63,253 bases of DNA, filler included, from Octopus bimaculoides (GCF_001194135.2; 8 parts of 8 records of this genome joined end to end with filler, not necessarily neighbours in it), one strand, 5' to 3'. Shown: positions 51,936 through 63,170, counted from the first letter of the whole stretch. The notes: generated by a model not told the origin, from the letters alone. Translations and numbers: made by a program.

Positions 51936-53179
51936 ATGTATATATATATATTTATATATATATAAATAATATATATATACATACATATAATTTGGTAAAC
52001 TGAAATCAGTTCTGACAGCTACAAATAGCTTCTTTAACTTTTTCACATGACTGCCATAGTAATTCTCTAGGTCACCATATCACCATGCATGTGTGCATAC
52101 ATGTGTGTGTATATGCGTGTGTGTGTGTGTGTGTCTGTGCACATCAACGTGTGTGTGTGTGTGTGTGTGTGTGTCTGTGCACATCAACGTGTGTGTGTGT
52201 GTGTGAGCATGTGTATGTATGTCTGTAAGTGTGTGTGTGCATGTGTGTGTGCATGTGTCTGTGCATGTGTGTGTATGTATGTACGTATGTATGTGTGTGT
52301 GTTCGTGTGTGTGTGTGTGTGTGTGTTCATGTGTGTGTGTGTGTGTTCATGTGTGTGTGTGTGTGTGTGCTTGTGTGTGTGTAAATGCATGTATGTATAT
52401 ATACTTCCACACAACATATACCACTATATCTGTTCATGTATATATTTCTTTACTGCAACGGCCGATGCACCACGCATGTCCAATCCACGCTAGCATGGAA
52501 AAGAGACATTAATATGATGATGATGATGGCGGTGATGATGGTGATGATGATAAAACTATCAAAGTAATAATAATAAATCACAACAAATTCACAATACACA
52601 ACACAAAGCACACACACACACATATATCTTTACTAACTGAAAAATATAAAAACATATGATGCAATCCTTTCTATATTTTTAAACCTGCTATTTCTCAATC
52701 AATTTATCATCCATGCTAAATGTCTACTATTATGAAATAAGGGGACTACTTTTTGCCCTTCATTTTGCTTTTTTTATGGAGAGAGGAGCTGACGCTGATA
52801 TTTTTTATTTTGCTGTAATGTGTTCATTTGTTTTAATATATTTCTATATAATGTCTATGTAACTGAAAAGATTAATAAAAGCTGATGTCAACACAATTTT
52901 GTTTTGTAGTTTATCATTTTTTTCTTTAAACTCCCTCCCTCTCTCTTTCTCTCTCTCTCTCTCTTTCTGTTGTGTGTTGTAGGAAAGGATGAATAAGAAA
53001 CAGAATGAACTGGATAAAAATATAGTCTTACTGCAAGGGTAACCATCAATATTTATTAATGTAACTGACAACAATCTTCATGATTATCACTAACATCGTT
53101 AATGATATCATCTTTGGCATGACCATCATCATCATCAACATCATCATCCTCAGTTACAGCAGTGGATGACCAAATTAAC

Positions 53180-54050
53180 ACAGATACTGGTGGTGGACAA
53201 CCTGCAAGAGGGTCAATATGATGACCCATTTCACTTTCACTGCTCTCTGTCGAATGGTCAAGACATTTAGTTTACTATACCACAGGTCACTTGGCTGTAA
53301 GCAGGTACCAAATAAATTTATCCAGCTAAGTTCAGATCTTCAATGACATTCAAGCCATGGTTATGAGTATTTGGCAGTCTGGAAGGGAATGTGGTTACTC
53401 CATATTTACATTTATGAATACCTTTCTGAAACACGTTCATCTTCTGCCTTGGAAGGGTTTGGTTTTTGTGAACCACTTCCTCAGCGCATCTTGGTCGCAC
53501 AAATCAATAATGGAAAACCTTGGATTCTGTCGTTTAAAACCTCCATAGATGGCGGCAGAAAACCACCAAAATGTGATAGGAGGGCCGAGAGTTGTAGTTG
53601 CGATTGATGAAACGGTTCTGGTCGGCCGGAAATCCAACGTGGCAGTCTTGTGAAAACGGTTTGGCTTTTTGGCGGACTGGAACGGTTGACCAAGAAGGTA
53701 TTTATGGTCCTACTGTCAACCGAATGTGGCGAGGGCGACAAACGGAATGCTGAGACTCTCATTTCGCTCATTACCCGCTACATCAGGCAGGGGTTAATAA
53801 TCTACAGTGATTATTGGCGTGCCTACAGTAACCTGAATAACCTTGACTATATGCACTATCAGGTTAACCATAATGAACATTTTGTCGATCCCCTTAACCC
53901 ATCTATTCACACGGAAAATAGTGAGCGTTTATGGAAGCCTCAAGAAGTGCATTATTCGATCTGGAATGAGACCTGGCTTCCTTTTCGTCTCACCGCCAAC
54001 CCAATGACTTCATAAGTTTCTTTTGGAGGCAGCAAGATTATACCCAGGTT
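53180..54050 (+). pseudogene. Merlin (IS1595/ISXO2-like DDE) transposase pseudogene
   Basis: GPRVVVAIDETVLVGRKSN, then a frameshift to KTVWLFGGLER..RNAETLISLITRYI..IIYSDYWRAYSNL..VNHNEHFVDP..IHTENSERLW. IDET / SDxWRAY / HTxxxExxW motifs are all present; TIRs not found. Confidence 0.9.
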
Positions 54051-55142
54051 CCTCATGACACCAAAAACTGTATACTGGTTCCTGATGGTACAGCTCTTAC
54101 CCTCCAACGGTGGTGATGTGCTAAACACAACAGCTAAATCACCCTTAATTATTTTTCCATAGTAAAACCATATTCAACACCGTATTAATGAATTTGTTTC
54201 TCTCACCATGATACATGGGATCTTTTTTAAAACCTTTTTCTATTACTCAAACGAAAAATAAATGAATTTGAAAATTTCTCTTTCAAACTTTTTTCCATTA
54301 CACTCAAGCAAAAAAAAATAATTTATGAATTTCTTTCTCTTTGAAAGTCGTATCCCCACCCCCTCTGAAAAATTTTTCCCCACAAATTTCTTTATAATCG
54401 TAATCTATGCTGTTTGAAAGGTATCNNNNNNNNNNNNNNNNNNNNNNNNNNNNNNNNNNNNNNNNNNNNTTAATTAATTAANNNNNNNNNNNNNNNNNNN
54501 NNNNNNNNNNNNNNNNNNNNNNNNNAAATAAAAAGTTTTGGCTTGGTAGTGGTGGAAGGGAGGTGGTGTTACTGTTTAGCCCCAGTTCAATCCTTGTTGA
54601 GCAGACGGTGATCAAACACATTCCAACCACGACCATCCTGTCTGTTTATGTATATTTATGACTACACAATATAATGTATTCCTTTCATGTTTAAGGCAGT
54701 AGTGTGCTATTTCTAGCCTGCCAAATCGCTACATAGTCCTCTAAGTTTGGTGGGAACAAGAATCATTAATTGGAAACTGGGTGCATCACCTAGTCCAGGA
54801 ATCGAAACCACAATCTTACGATCATGAGTCTAACACCCTAACCACTAAGCTACGTGCCTCCCTCTCTACCAGTCATGAGCAAACCATTTGGTTTCGCATA
54901 AAGAATACAATGGAGTGTTAGGTAACAATCCAATTATTTAACTTTACACTCATCAGAGTATTAGTAGTAGTAGTAATCTGTTTTATTATAGGCACAAGGT
55001 TTGAAATTATGGGAGAGGGGGATAATCAATGACACAAACCCCAATATTTAACTGGTACTTATTTTTATCAACTCCCACCCCACTACCATCCCCTAGAAAA
55101 AATCAAAATCAAAGTGTGTCAATTATTTTGTTGATGTTACAG

Positions 55143-55260
55143 GGCAACCAAGGTTCCAACGAAGTCGAAGAACTGAAGAATCGGTTGGCTGAAGCTGAAG
55201 AGGATAAAGGTAACCTACTCCTGCAACTCGTAGACTTTGATGATGTTAAGACATTGCAAG
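55143..55260 (+). CDS. Probable internal exon of a coiled-coil protein
   Basis: aattattttgttgatgttacag|GGC AAC..TTG CAA G|gtgact. Translates as GNQGSNEVEELKNRLAEAEEDKGNLLLQLVDFDDVKTLQ, heptad-like and E/K/L-rich. Alternative same-phase donor AAG|gtaacc after 55209. Confidence 0.6.
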
Positions 55261-55554
55261 GTGACTAACTTTCCACCTCTCCTAACACTGCTATTAATAC
55301 CTGCTCTTATCTCACAAACACTACACTGTTCACTGTTTCTCACTTGTTAAATTTCGTCAGCTGCTTTTTTTGTAAATTTAATTTCTTAGAAAATTTATAT
55401 CAGGAATTTGTGAAAATCATTTAAAGATTTCTAATGAGGCCAACCACGAGTTTTCTTGGGTTTAGAAAAAAAAAAATTTTTTTTAACTGATCATAACATT
55501 CCTATTAATTTTTAAGGGATTAATGTGCTGTTTGAAGGTCCAGGTAAGAAAAAA

Positions 55555-55663
55555 AAAATGAAGTTTACTTTAGTGAGATTTGAACTCAGAATGTAAAGAG
55601 TTGTAACAAATGCTGCTAAGCATTTTCTCTGATGCTCTAACAATCAAGCCAGCTTGCTGCCTT
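55555..55663 (-). mobile_element. SINE family A head, CpG-decayed
   Basis: Reverse complement GGCAGCAAGCTGG..TTACATTCTGAGTTCAAATCTCACTAAAGTAAAC vs GGCGGCGAGCTGG..TTACGTTCTGAGTTCAAATTCCGCCGAGGTCGAC at 47193. Confidence 0.75.
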
Positions 55664-55855
55664 AATAATAATAATAATAATAATAATAATAGTAATAGTA
55701 GTAGTAGTAGTAGTAGTAGTAGTAATCTGTTCTACTATAGGCACAAGGTTTGAAATTTTGGGAGAGGGGGATAGTCAATGACATGAACCCCAATATTCAA
55801 CTGGTACTTATTTTTATCGACTCCCAACTACCAGCTCACCACCTCAATAATAATG

Positions 55856-55909
<54 letters not shown>

Positions 55910-56837
55910 GTCCTTTCTACTCAAGGCACAAGGCCTGGAATTTTGGGGGAATGGACTTGTTGTCTACATTGACAAATAGCTCAACGGATGCTTATTGAAA
56001 CTCATACTGCTGACCCACAGAAAAGTGAAATCCTGTATTTTGCACTTAAAATATAGAGCACAAGATGGTGTTAGATGTTAGGAATACACACTGTTTATTT
56101 AATAAATGATTTGTGACAATTTGTTGAACTGTTTCACTTACAATTTTTCACTTGCAGGAGAATAAACTAGACACACACACACTCTATATATATATGTAGT
56201 GAGAATTTACAAAAAAAAAACAAAAGACGAAGACGGGTGTGTAAACAACAAACAGATGTATTAGTTTAACGCTTGGGAAGTGAGAAAGTCTTTTACATTT
56301 CGAGCCTACGCTCTTTGACAGAGAGAAACACAGAAATAAACAGGGAGAGAAAATAGGAAAAGGTTTAGTGGCTAGCGATCTATCATGGTGAAGGCCAGAC
56401 AGAAGGGTCACACAGGAGAGCTAGGAAGAAGGGGAGATAATGAAGTAGTGATGATCCCAAAACGAAGGTGCGCATGCGTGTGTATGTGAGAGCGTGTATG
56501 TGCATGTGGAAGGGGGATGGTAACATTAATGTGTGCGTATGTGCATGTGTAGGTGTGAGGATGATGGTGTAGGTGCTGGGAAGTGGTCAGTGCTAGTGTG
56601 TGTGGGGTGGTGTGGTATGGTATGGTGGTGTGTGGTATGGTGGTGTATGGTGTGGTGTGGTGTGGTGGGGTGTGGGGGAGGCGAGAGTAGGGGAAGCAAA
56701 GGTGGGGGTCTAAGGGATGGGGTGACACACACTCAGACATACACACGTATATCCATACTTATATACAGACATGTACACACATGCACACTCATACATGCAT
56801 ACACACATATACTAATACATATGCATTCACACACCCA

Positions 56838-56868
<31 letters not shown>

Positions 56869-57494
56869 TTTTATTCTCCCTCTCCATTCACAGTTTATTT
56901 TCACTACTCTACCTTCTCCTCTTCTCGCTCACTGCATGTAGCTTGCTAACACTTGATTCTTACACTAGTCCATATTAGAACAGCCACTTCCTTCAGTGCC
57001 GCTGCCTCTTCTTTCATTCTGCTTCCAGTCCTCCCTATTTTCTTTCACTGCTCTCTCTGTTTTATAGCTGCAGTGTCCTATAGTTGCTTTCCCCTCTATA
57101 CTTCCACTCCCGCACACACATATGCATTGTGCAAAGGGAAGGAAGTCCAGACGGTAAACAAATAATGTTAAGGTAAGATTTTAAGATTAGTTATTCTTTA
57201 GACCCACCTTATCCACGAAATAAACCTGTGATAGAAAGCATTCCAATCATGACCATCCTTTGGTATTGTATATCATGGATTACATTGTCCAATGTGATCT
57301 TTCTTTTAAGGCTGTAAGGCAGTGATTTTTAATATGGTTGGCAGCATGCCCTTGGTGGCACGGTGAGCTAATAAGGGGGTGCTAAATGTCAAGGGAACTC
57401 TCTGGGAGGGAGCTGAGTATTTAGACAGGTTGTGATTTACCCCAGAAATAAAATGTTTGATCCGGATACACTATATATATTTTAAACACATGAT

Positions 57495-57690
57495 ATGAGT
57501 GAGGTGAAGGCACATGGCCTAGTGATTAGGTGATTGGGAGATCACAGTTTTGATTCCCAGACCAGCTGCACATTGTGTTCTTGATTGAGCAAAATACTTC
57601 ATTTCACATTGCCCCTGTCCACTCGGCTGTAAATGGGTACACCCTGCAATGGAATAGCCTTCTGATTAGGAGCAGTGTTGGCCTGCTCAC
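57495..57690 (+). mobile_element. tRNA-derived SINE family C (CORE-like domain)
   Basis: GGCACATGGCCTAGTGATTAGGGTG head, TTGATTCCC B-box, TGTTCTTGA..AGCAAAATACTTCATTTCACATTG..TCCACTCGGCTGTAAATGGGTAC. Confidence 0.7.
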
Positions 57691-57744
57691 CTAGCCACTA
57701 AAAAAAAAAAAGAAGTAAAGTTACCTTCTCTAGTCATAGCGACT

Positions 57745-57968
57745 CATAAGGGCTGCTTTCCCAGTTTTATGGGATATATATTCCCCACTGCCCTGGATGG
57801 GACGCCAGACCATCACAGGGTTACTCCTTTTTCCCAGCTGAGTGGACTGGAGCAACGTGAAATGAAGTGTTTTGCTCAAGAACACAGGGCATCACCCGGT
57901 CCAGGAATCGAAACCACAATCTTACGATCTTGAGCCTAACACCCTAACCACTAAGCTACGTGCCTCCC
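57745..57968 (-). mobile_element. SINE family C, opposite orientation
   Basis: Reverse complement GGAGGCACGTAGCTTAGTGGTTAGGGTGTTAG..GGTTTCGATTCCTGGAC..GTTCTTGAGCAAAACACTTCATTTCACGTTGCTCCAGTCCACTCAGCTG. Confidence 0.8.
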
Positions 57969-57976
57969 TCTCTACC

Positions 57977-58076
57977 AGTCATGGGCAAACTGTGGCCCAT
58001 GGCACTTTCTTCTTGGCACACCTAATGAAAAATGAGCCATGTGTGGCCTGCTGGTTGGAAAAGACTGCCATGTCTG
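57977..58076. mobile_element. Short hAT-type MITE relic
   Basis: CAGTCATGGGCAAACTGTGGCCC .. AAAAGACTGCCATGTCTG; similar to 61588-61726; TSD not matched. Confidence 0.55.
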
Positions 58077-58193
58077 GTGTAGATGCTCCTTTAGTGGTTG
58101 TTTAGCCCCAGGTTAACTCTGATTGAGTAGATGTATGACAGAAGACACTCCACCCATGACTATCCTGTCGGTTTGTATATCGTTATGCCTCTA

Positions 58194-58612
58194 TTCATCC
58201 TCCCACACGACCTCAGACTCAACATGGAGCCTATTTCAAGTGTGTGGAGGAGGTGTGCTGCTCTCTGGTCAAGAGGGTGGCTGCTGGAGGACCCTGTGTC
58301 TGGCAACAGGACTCTGCACCATTCAACACAAGCAGGAGAACCCAATCATGGCTGTCAGACAATATCTGTGACCACATTACCCCTAACATCTGGCCACCTA
58401 ACTCTCCAGACTGCAACCCCTATCATTATTGTGTGTGGGGCACAGTTGAGCGAGAGACCAGCAAAACTCCTTGAAACACCAAGCATGAACTAAAGGCAAG
58501 GATTATGGCAGCATTCACCAATTCAAACAAGGATACCGTCCAGAAGAGTTGCAGGAGACTCCGGAGTCATCTGGGGGCCATGGTTGAAGCCAATGGTGAT
58601 TTTATTGAATAA
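58194..58612 (+). pseudogene. maT-like (DD37D) transposase C-terminal half, inactive
   Basis: WQQDSAP..37 aa..WPPNSPDCNPY(H)Y with the third Asp mutated GAT>CAT, an in-frame TGA, and end ..SHLGAMVEANGDFIE*. Confidence 0.88.
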
Positions 58613-59130
58613 ATTTACTCTTTAGTANNNNNNNNNNNNNNNNNNNNNNNNNNNNNNNNNNNNNNNNNNNNTTAATTAATTAANNNNNNNNNNNNNNNNN
58701 NNNNNNNNNNNNNNNNNNNNNNNNNNNAACTCCAACAATTTCTAGAAGTATTAGAGCGAAACATTTCCTACAGCTGTACTCGTACGTCGAATGAATTTAA
58801 AAGATTACATTTTATTTGGCGGAGTCGGTTAAATGTAGCAGATCATTCATGAATCATAGCGAGGAGGTGAATGGGGCTAAGTAGGCTAATGTACTTGGAT
58901 ATAAGGGGGGGGGGGATAACCAGTGTTGAAGTATCTTGGTAAGAGGCGGGGGTGGGGGAGAGATTATCTCCCCCCCCTGCCCCAGTGGGGTGTCATTTTT
59001 ATAACACCCGAATTACTGATAATTCCATGTAATCTCCGAGAAACAGAGATAATAGGAACCCAGAGTAGCGACAGAATAAAACCTCTGCTTCAGTCCACAG
59101 AGCTTGTTTTTATGTTCAATTATAACCCTT

Positions 59131-59324
59131 TCTACTATAAGCACAAGGCCTGTAATTTGGAGAGTAGAGGCTAGTCGATTACATCGACCCCAATGCGTAA
59201 CGGGTACTTATTTCATCGACCTGGAACAACGTGAAATAAGTGTCTTGCTCAAGAACACAACACACAATTCGATCCGGAAATCGAATCCACAACCTCACGA
59301 CACTCTAACCACTGAACTATGCAC
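59131..59324 (-). mobile_element. Chimeric SINE (family C head/CORE-like part fused to family A core and tail)
   Basis: Minus strand ..GTTCTTGAGCAAGACACTTATTTCACGTTGTTCCA|GGTCGATGAAATAAGTACCCGTTACGCATTGGGGTCGATGTAATCGAC..GGCCTTGTGCTTATAGTAG; junction near 59220. Confidence 0.75.
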
Positions 59325-60541
59325 ACATTTCAGAGTACAAACGCGAGCTATAAGTAATCGATACAAAAATATTGATGAGCGTATCAGCAACGTGAAGCTT
59401 TTTGTGCTGCTTCCAAGAACAACCACGCTATCTATATCAGGTATTTGATGGCGCTGGGAAGCGTTTTTGCTGTTCAAGTAGAATCTTCGACTAATCGCCG
59501 ACCCATGTTATCCCAAATCAATCCGTGATAAGCATGACACGGCTCACAATTGAGAATAACATGTTATCCTGGATCAGTGATGAATGAATAAGTGATAAAC
59601 TAAGCTACATATTGTATGGTAATAGCTGTAATATTAGTAGTAGAAAATGTACGCAACGGACATAGCTAGTGAAAAGTCAGTTAATTTATATACATACTGT
59701 TCTCGTAAATTATTACTGGTAAAATCGATTGTCTTGTCTAAGTGCCTTCTTGTTGCTGTTGCATTTGGATCAATTCTCAGAAACCTGAGCTTACAATCCT
59801 GTTTCAATTTCCGCTTGAGTTTCTTACTTTTGACTCGCGTAATTTTTTCTCAAACTGACGGTTGGCACGTTTCATGCAACGTGTGTTCTTTTCAGTCTTG
59901 AAATGAAATGCAACCCAAGTAAAACTCAATATTGAGTACTCAATAGTCTTCAGTACCAGTAAAAAACTGGGGGACACATGGTATCGACTTTCTCATCCTT
60001 CTTTCTCAAATTGTTGACTTTGAACCTAGATCACAAGCGGCAGAATCGTTAGTATGCCGGACAAAATGTAAGAAACACGAGTTCGTTTCACTGCTCAGGA
60101 TACTTTCCGTCTTTTCCCCTTTTATCTTTCATTTTCACGTTACGGTTGTTTAGAAAATACATTTTTTTCATTACTTGTCCCTCCTCACACACGGCATTAT
60201 ACAATAGCCAAAGTCAATATTAACTAATCGACTTAAATCATGTAATCGTACGAAATTAATAAAATTCTTAGAGAAAAAGTCTGTGCCGAAACGAGACAAT
60301 GGTATTCTTTAACTGTGTTTTTAAACTGGCCTCATTAAAGATTATCAAAAATGCGACTCGGTGATTGCTGATATCAATCTAATCTTCGTATTTAGAGCAG
60401 AATGTATGCCACAACGAAATTAAATGTTTACATACACAAATCCAATTGTTTCTGCTCTATACAACATCTATTATTTATGTCAGTGACTTATTGTTAAACT
60501 TACTTTATTAGTGAGAAGTCCAGGAACAGAAAAATGTATAG

Positions 60542-60883
60542 CGGTGGTTCTCAACTGGGATCCATATGGCTCCTAAAGAGTTCAGATAAAAATTTTCGAG
60601 GTCCACACAGTAAAACAGTAAATTTGCGATTCACTGTTTTTCAAGGATCTTTGAAAAATGTTTTACTTTAAATGCAGGTATTGCAAGAAACAACTTTGTT
60701 TCTTTCTCTAACATCTTACATAGTTCAATCTACACAAGTTAATGTATTAAAAGCAAAATAGGAATTTTGAAAGAAGTTTCTATAAAACTAGTTTTTAAAC
60801 ATCGAATGGCTATGGGAGTCTACTAGAATAAAAGAGTAATCAAAGGGGTCCATTGGTAAAGAAAAAATGGTTGAGAACCCTTG
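60542..60883. mobile_element. hAT (Charlie-like) MITE
   Basis: TIRs CGGTGGTTCTCAAC / GTTGAGAACCCTTG; TSDs ATGTATAG (60534-60541) and ATGTACAG (60884-60891). Confidence 0.88.
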
Positions 60884-61587
60884 ATGTACAGTGTTAACAT
60901 TGAAGAAAGAGAATACGAAAATTCAGTGATATTGCACTTAATAACCGACTTCAAAAAGAATGGAAAACGTTGTCTTACAACTATACGTTCTCACTTTCTT
61001 GGTAGTTAAGATCTCGTCTGCTTCTGATGTGGCCATTGTTACAATCTATGAACATAGACTGGACAGTGGAAAGAGTAAAGTATGTCCATAATGCAATACT
61101 CCAGTTATTGTATGTATTGTTTATGATCTTAATGTACAGTCAGACCCTTACCCAGACGAAGATGTAGCACTGGGAGCTGTTAATCGCAGCTTCGTTGCAT
61201 GGTCGACTAATTATGTTTGTAGGCCATATAGATCAGATTAAAAAAAACAAACATCATGTGTCAACGAGGAGTCTCTCTATAGCCGATAGATCAGTTACAA
61301 TTAACCTCAAACTCTTCCAAATCATACCTTACAGTCTCAAATTTAGCAAAATACACTGGGCAGTGTAGTCCTTGATATACATGAAGACTGGTTGACCTAG
61401 GGTTAAACAACGTCAACGACTAGGATGTAATAGAAAAGATAGCAGAAAATTTATTTGAAAACCATTAAAAGATTTTGGGGAGGATTTTGATTGCTGTTCA
61501 AAGATTTATACTTTTGTGTATACAAATCCAGGATGGTGGTCTATGACTAGAGAGCAACAACAAGCACAGAGTATAGACTATGCAGAG

Positions 61588-61726
61588 CAGTCATAGACAA
61601 GCTGCGGCCCGCGGAGCTTTCTGAATGGTATGACAAAATTGCCTTGAATTTTTTCTTAGTGCAGCCTGCGTGATGATGAGTCATGTTTCATGTGACCCGC
61701 TTCACGAAAAAGGTTACCGATGCCTG
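61588..61726. mobile_element. Small hAT-type MITE
   Basis: CAGTCATAGACAAGCTGCGGCCCGCGG .. AAAAGGTTACCGATGCCTG; flanks ATGCAGAG / ATCTAGAG (6 of 8 match). Confidence 0.65.
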
Positions 61727-61755
61727 ATCTAGAGTATCTGTATATCAAAACGCTA

Positions 61756-61792
61756 AGGCCGAAATGCAGGCCGAAATGCAGGCCGAAATGCA
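61756..61792 (+). repeat. Perfect 12-bp tandem triplication (AGGCCGAAATGC)x3
   Basis: Directly visible. Confidence 0.95.
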
Positions 61793-62106
61793 TTATGTTG
61801 TCCCGTGATTGGGTGAAGGGAAAGATGAAGAGAGAAAGAAGAAAGAAAAAGAGGGAGATAGCAAAAGGGAGTGAGAAAAAGAGGGAGAGAGATGTGTCAA
61901 CGACATGCGGTAGGGGCGAACGCAATATTTATCACGCGGTTAAAAAGCTGGTTAATAGTAATAGATTATTTGGTTGTCTTTATTAGAAACGTTGGCTTTG
62001 ATTAAANNNNNNNNNNNNNNNNNNNNNNNNNNNNNNNNNNNNNNNNNNNNTTAATTAATTAANNNNNNNNNNNNNNNNNNNNNNNNNNNNNNNNNNNNNN
62101 NNNNNN

Positions 62107-62141
<35 letters not shown>

Positions 62142-62934
62142 GTGAATGTGCATGTAAATGTAATCTAACGTTCCATTAGATTAATTTACTCCACCCTGTT
62201 AATGCAAACAAGTACGCCTAATTTGCCTCATGCTGAAATTAATGCATTATGAAGACCTTTACGAAACCACCCAGAATCTTATGGTAGTCACTGAGTTAAA
62301 TATATAAATATACAGTCAACAGTGAAACTTCCTGGTTTTATGTGCTGTATACTCCTCACAGAATAATTTTATCACTAGGATTTTTTGCTTTTCAGTCTCA
62401 TTGATATTTTACAGTAGATTACATTTTAATTCATTACTACAGATAGCCGAGTCCGTAAGCAGAGCTTACTCTGATAGCCGCATAATACTCTGTCTAACTT
62501 ATATTCCTCATGTTTGTTTGTATGTATGTATGTATGTATGTATGTATGTATGTATATCTATTTTTCAAATATTATTAATTTTCCACTGAGGAGTGAGCCG
62601 GTTTCCAATAAAGATACAAAACTCTATCTTCGGGATGTAGTTGTTAACACAGACGAATTCACATTTGGAACTTGATAAATGTCTTGCATATTTTTATTGT
62701 TCCACTCACAGATTGGACTTGTAATGTACGAATTATCCGATCAATTTCTCTTTCTGAAAATCGCAGCTTATCCACATTCTCCTTTAAGCATTTACTAACA
62801 AAACCTAGTGCTCCAATTATTATTGGTGTGAATATGAATTCGCAGTCTGGATATAGAAGCTAGAGGTTTCGAAGCAGTTGTCCATAGATTTTCAATGAGT
62901 TATATATATCTGTAGGCAACTGACCTCTATAACG

Positions 62935-63170
62935 GTACATACCTTTGAGTTTGTGTAAGTTTGTGTATGTGTTTGTCCTCTACCATCACTGTCTAACAAC
63001 CGGTCTTGGTGTGTTTAGTCCCCGTAACATAGAGGTTTAACAATAGAGACCGGTATAATAAATACTAGGCTTTGAAAGAAAAGTCTGGGGATTGACTTGT
63101 TCGACAAAAACCCTTTCAGGCGGTGCTCTACCATGGGCGCAGTCAAATGACTGAAACAAGTAGGAAAATA
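62935..63170 (+). mobile_element. SINE family B, 3' half
   Basis: GTTTGTCCTCTACCATCACTGTCTAACAACCGGTCTTGGTGTGTTTAGTCCCCGTAAC..AGGCGGTGCTCTACCATGGGCGCAGTCAAATGACTGAAACAAGTA. Confidence 0.8.

Noticed and set aside
53650-54015. Bacterial IS1595 insertion or contamination
   Set aside because: Frameshifted, embedded in eukaryotic microsatellite DNA, and better explained as a eukaryotic Merlin element.
58895-59000. G-rich patch with a GGGGAGA/TCTCCCC hairpin (Helitron end or G-quadruplex)
   Set aside because: No CTRR terminus at the expected distance and no partner 5' end; G runs alone are not evidence of function.
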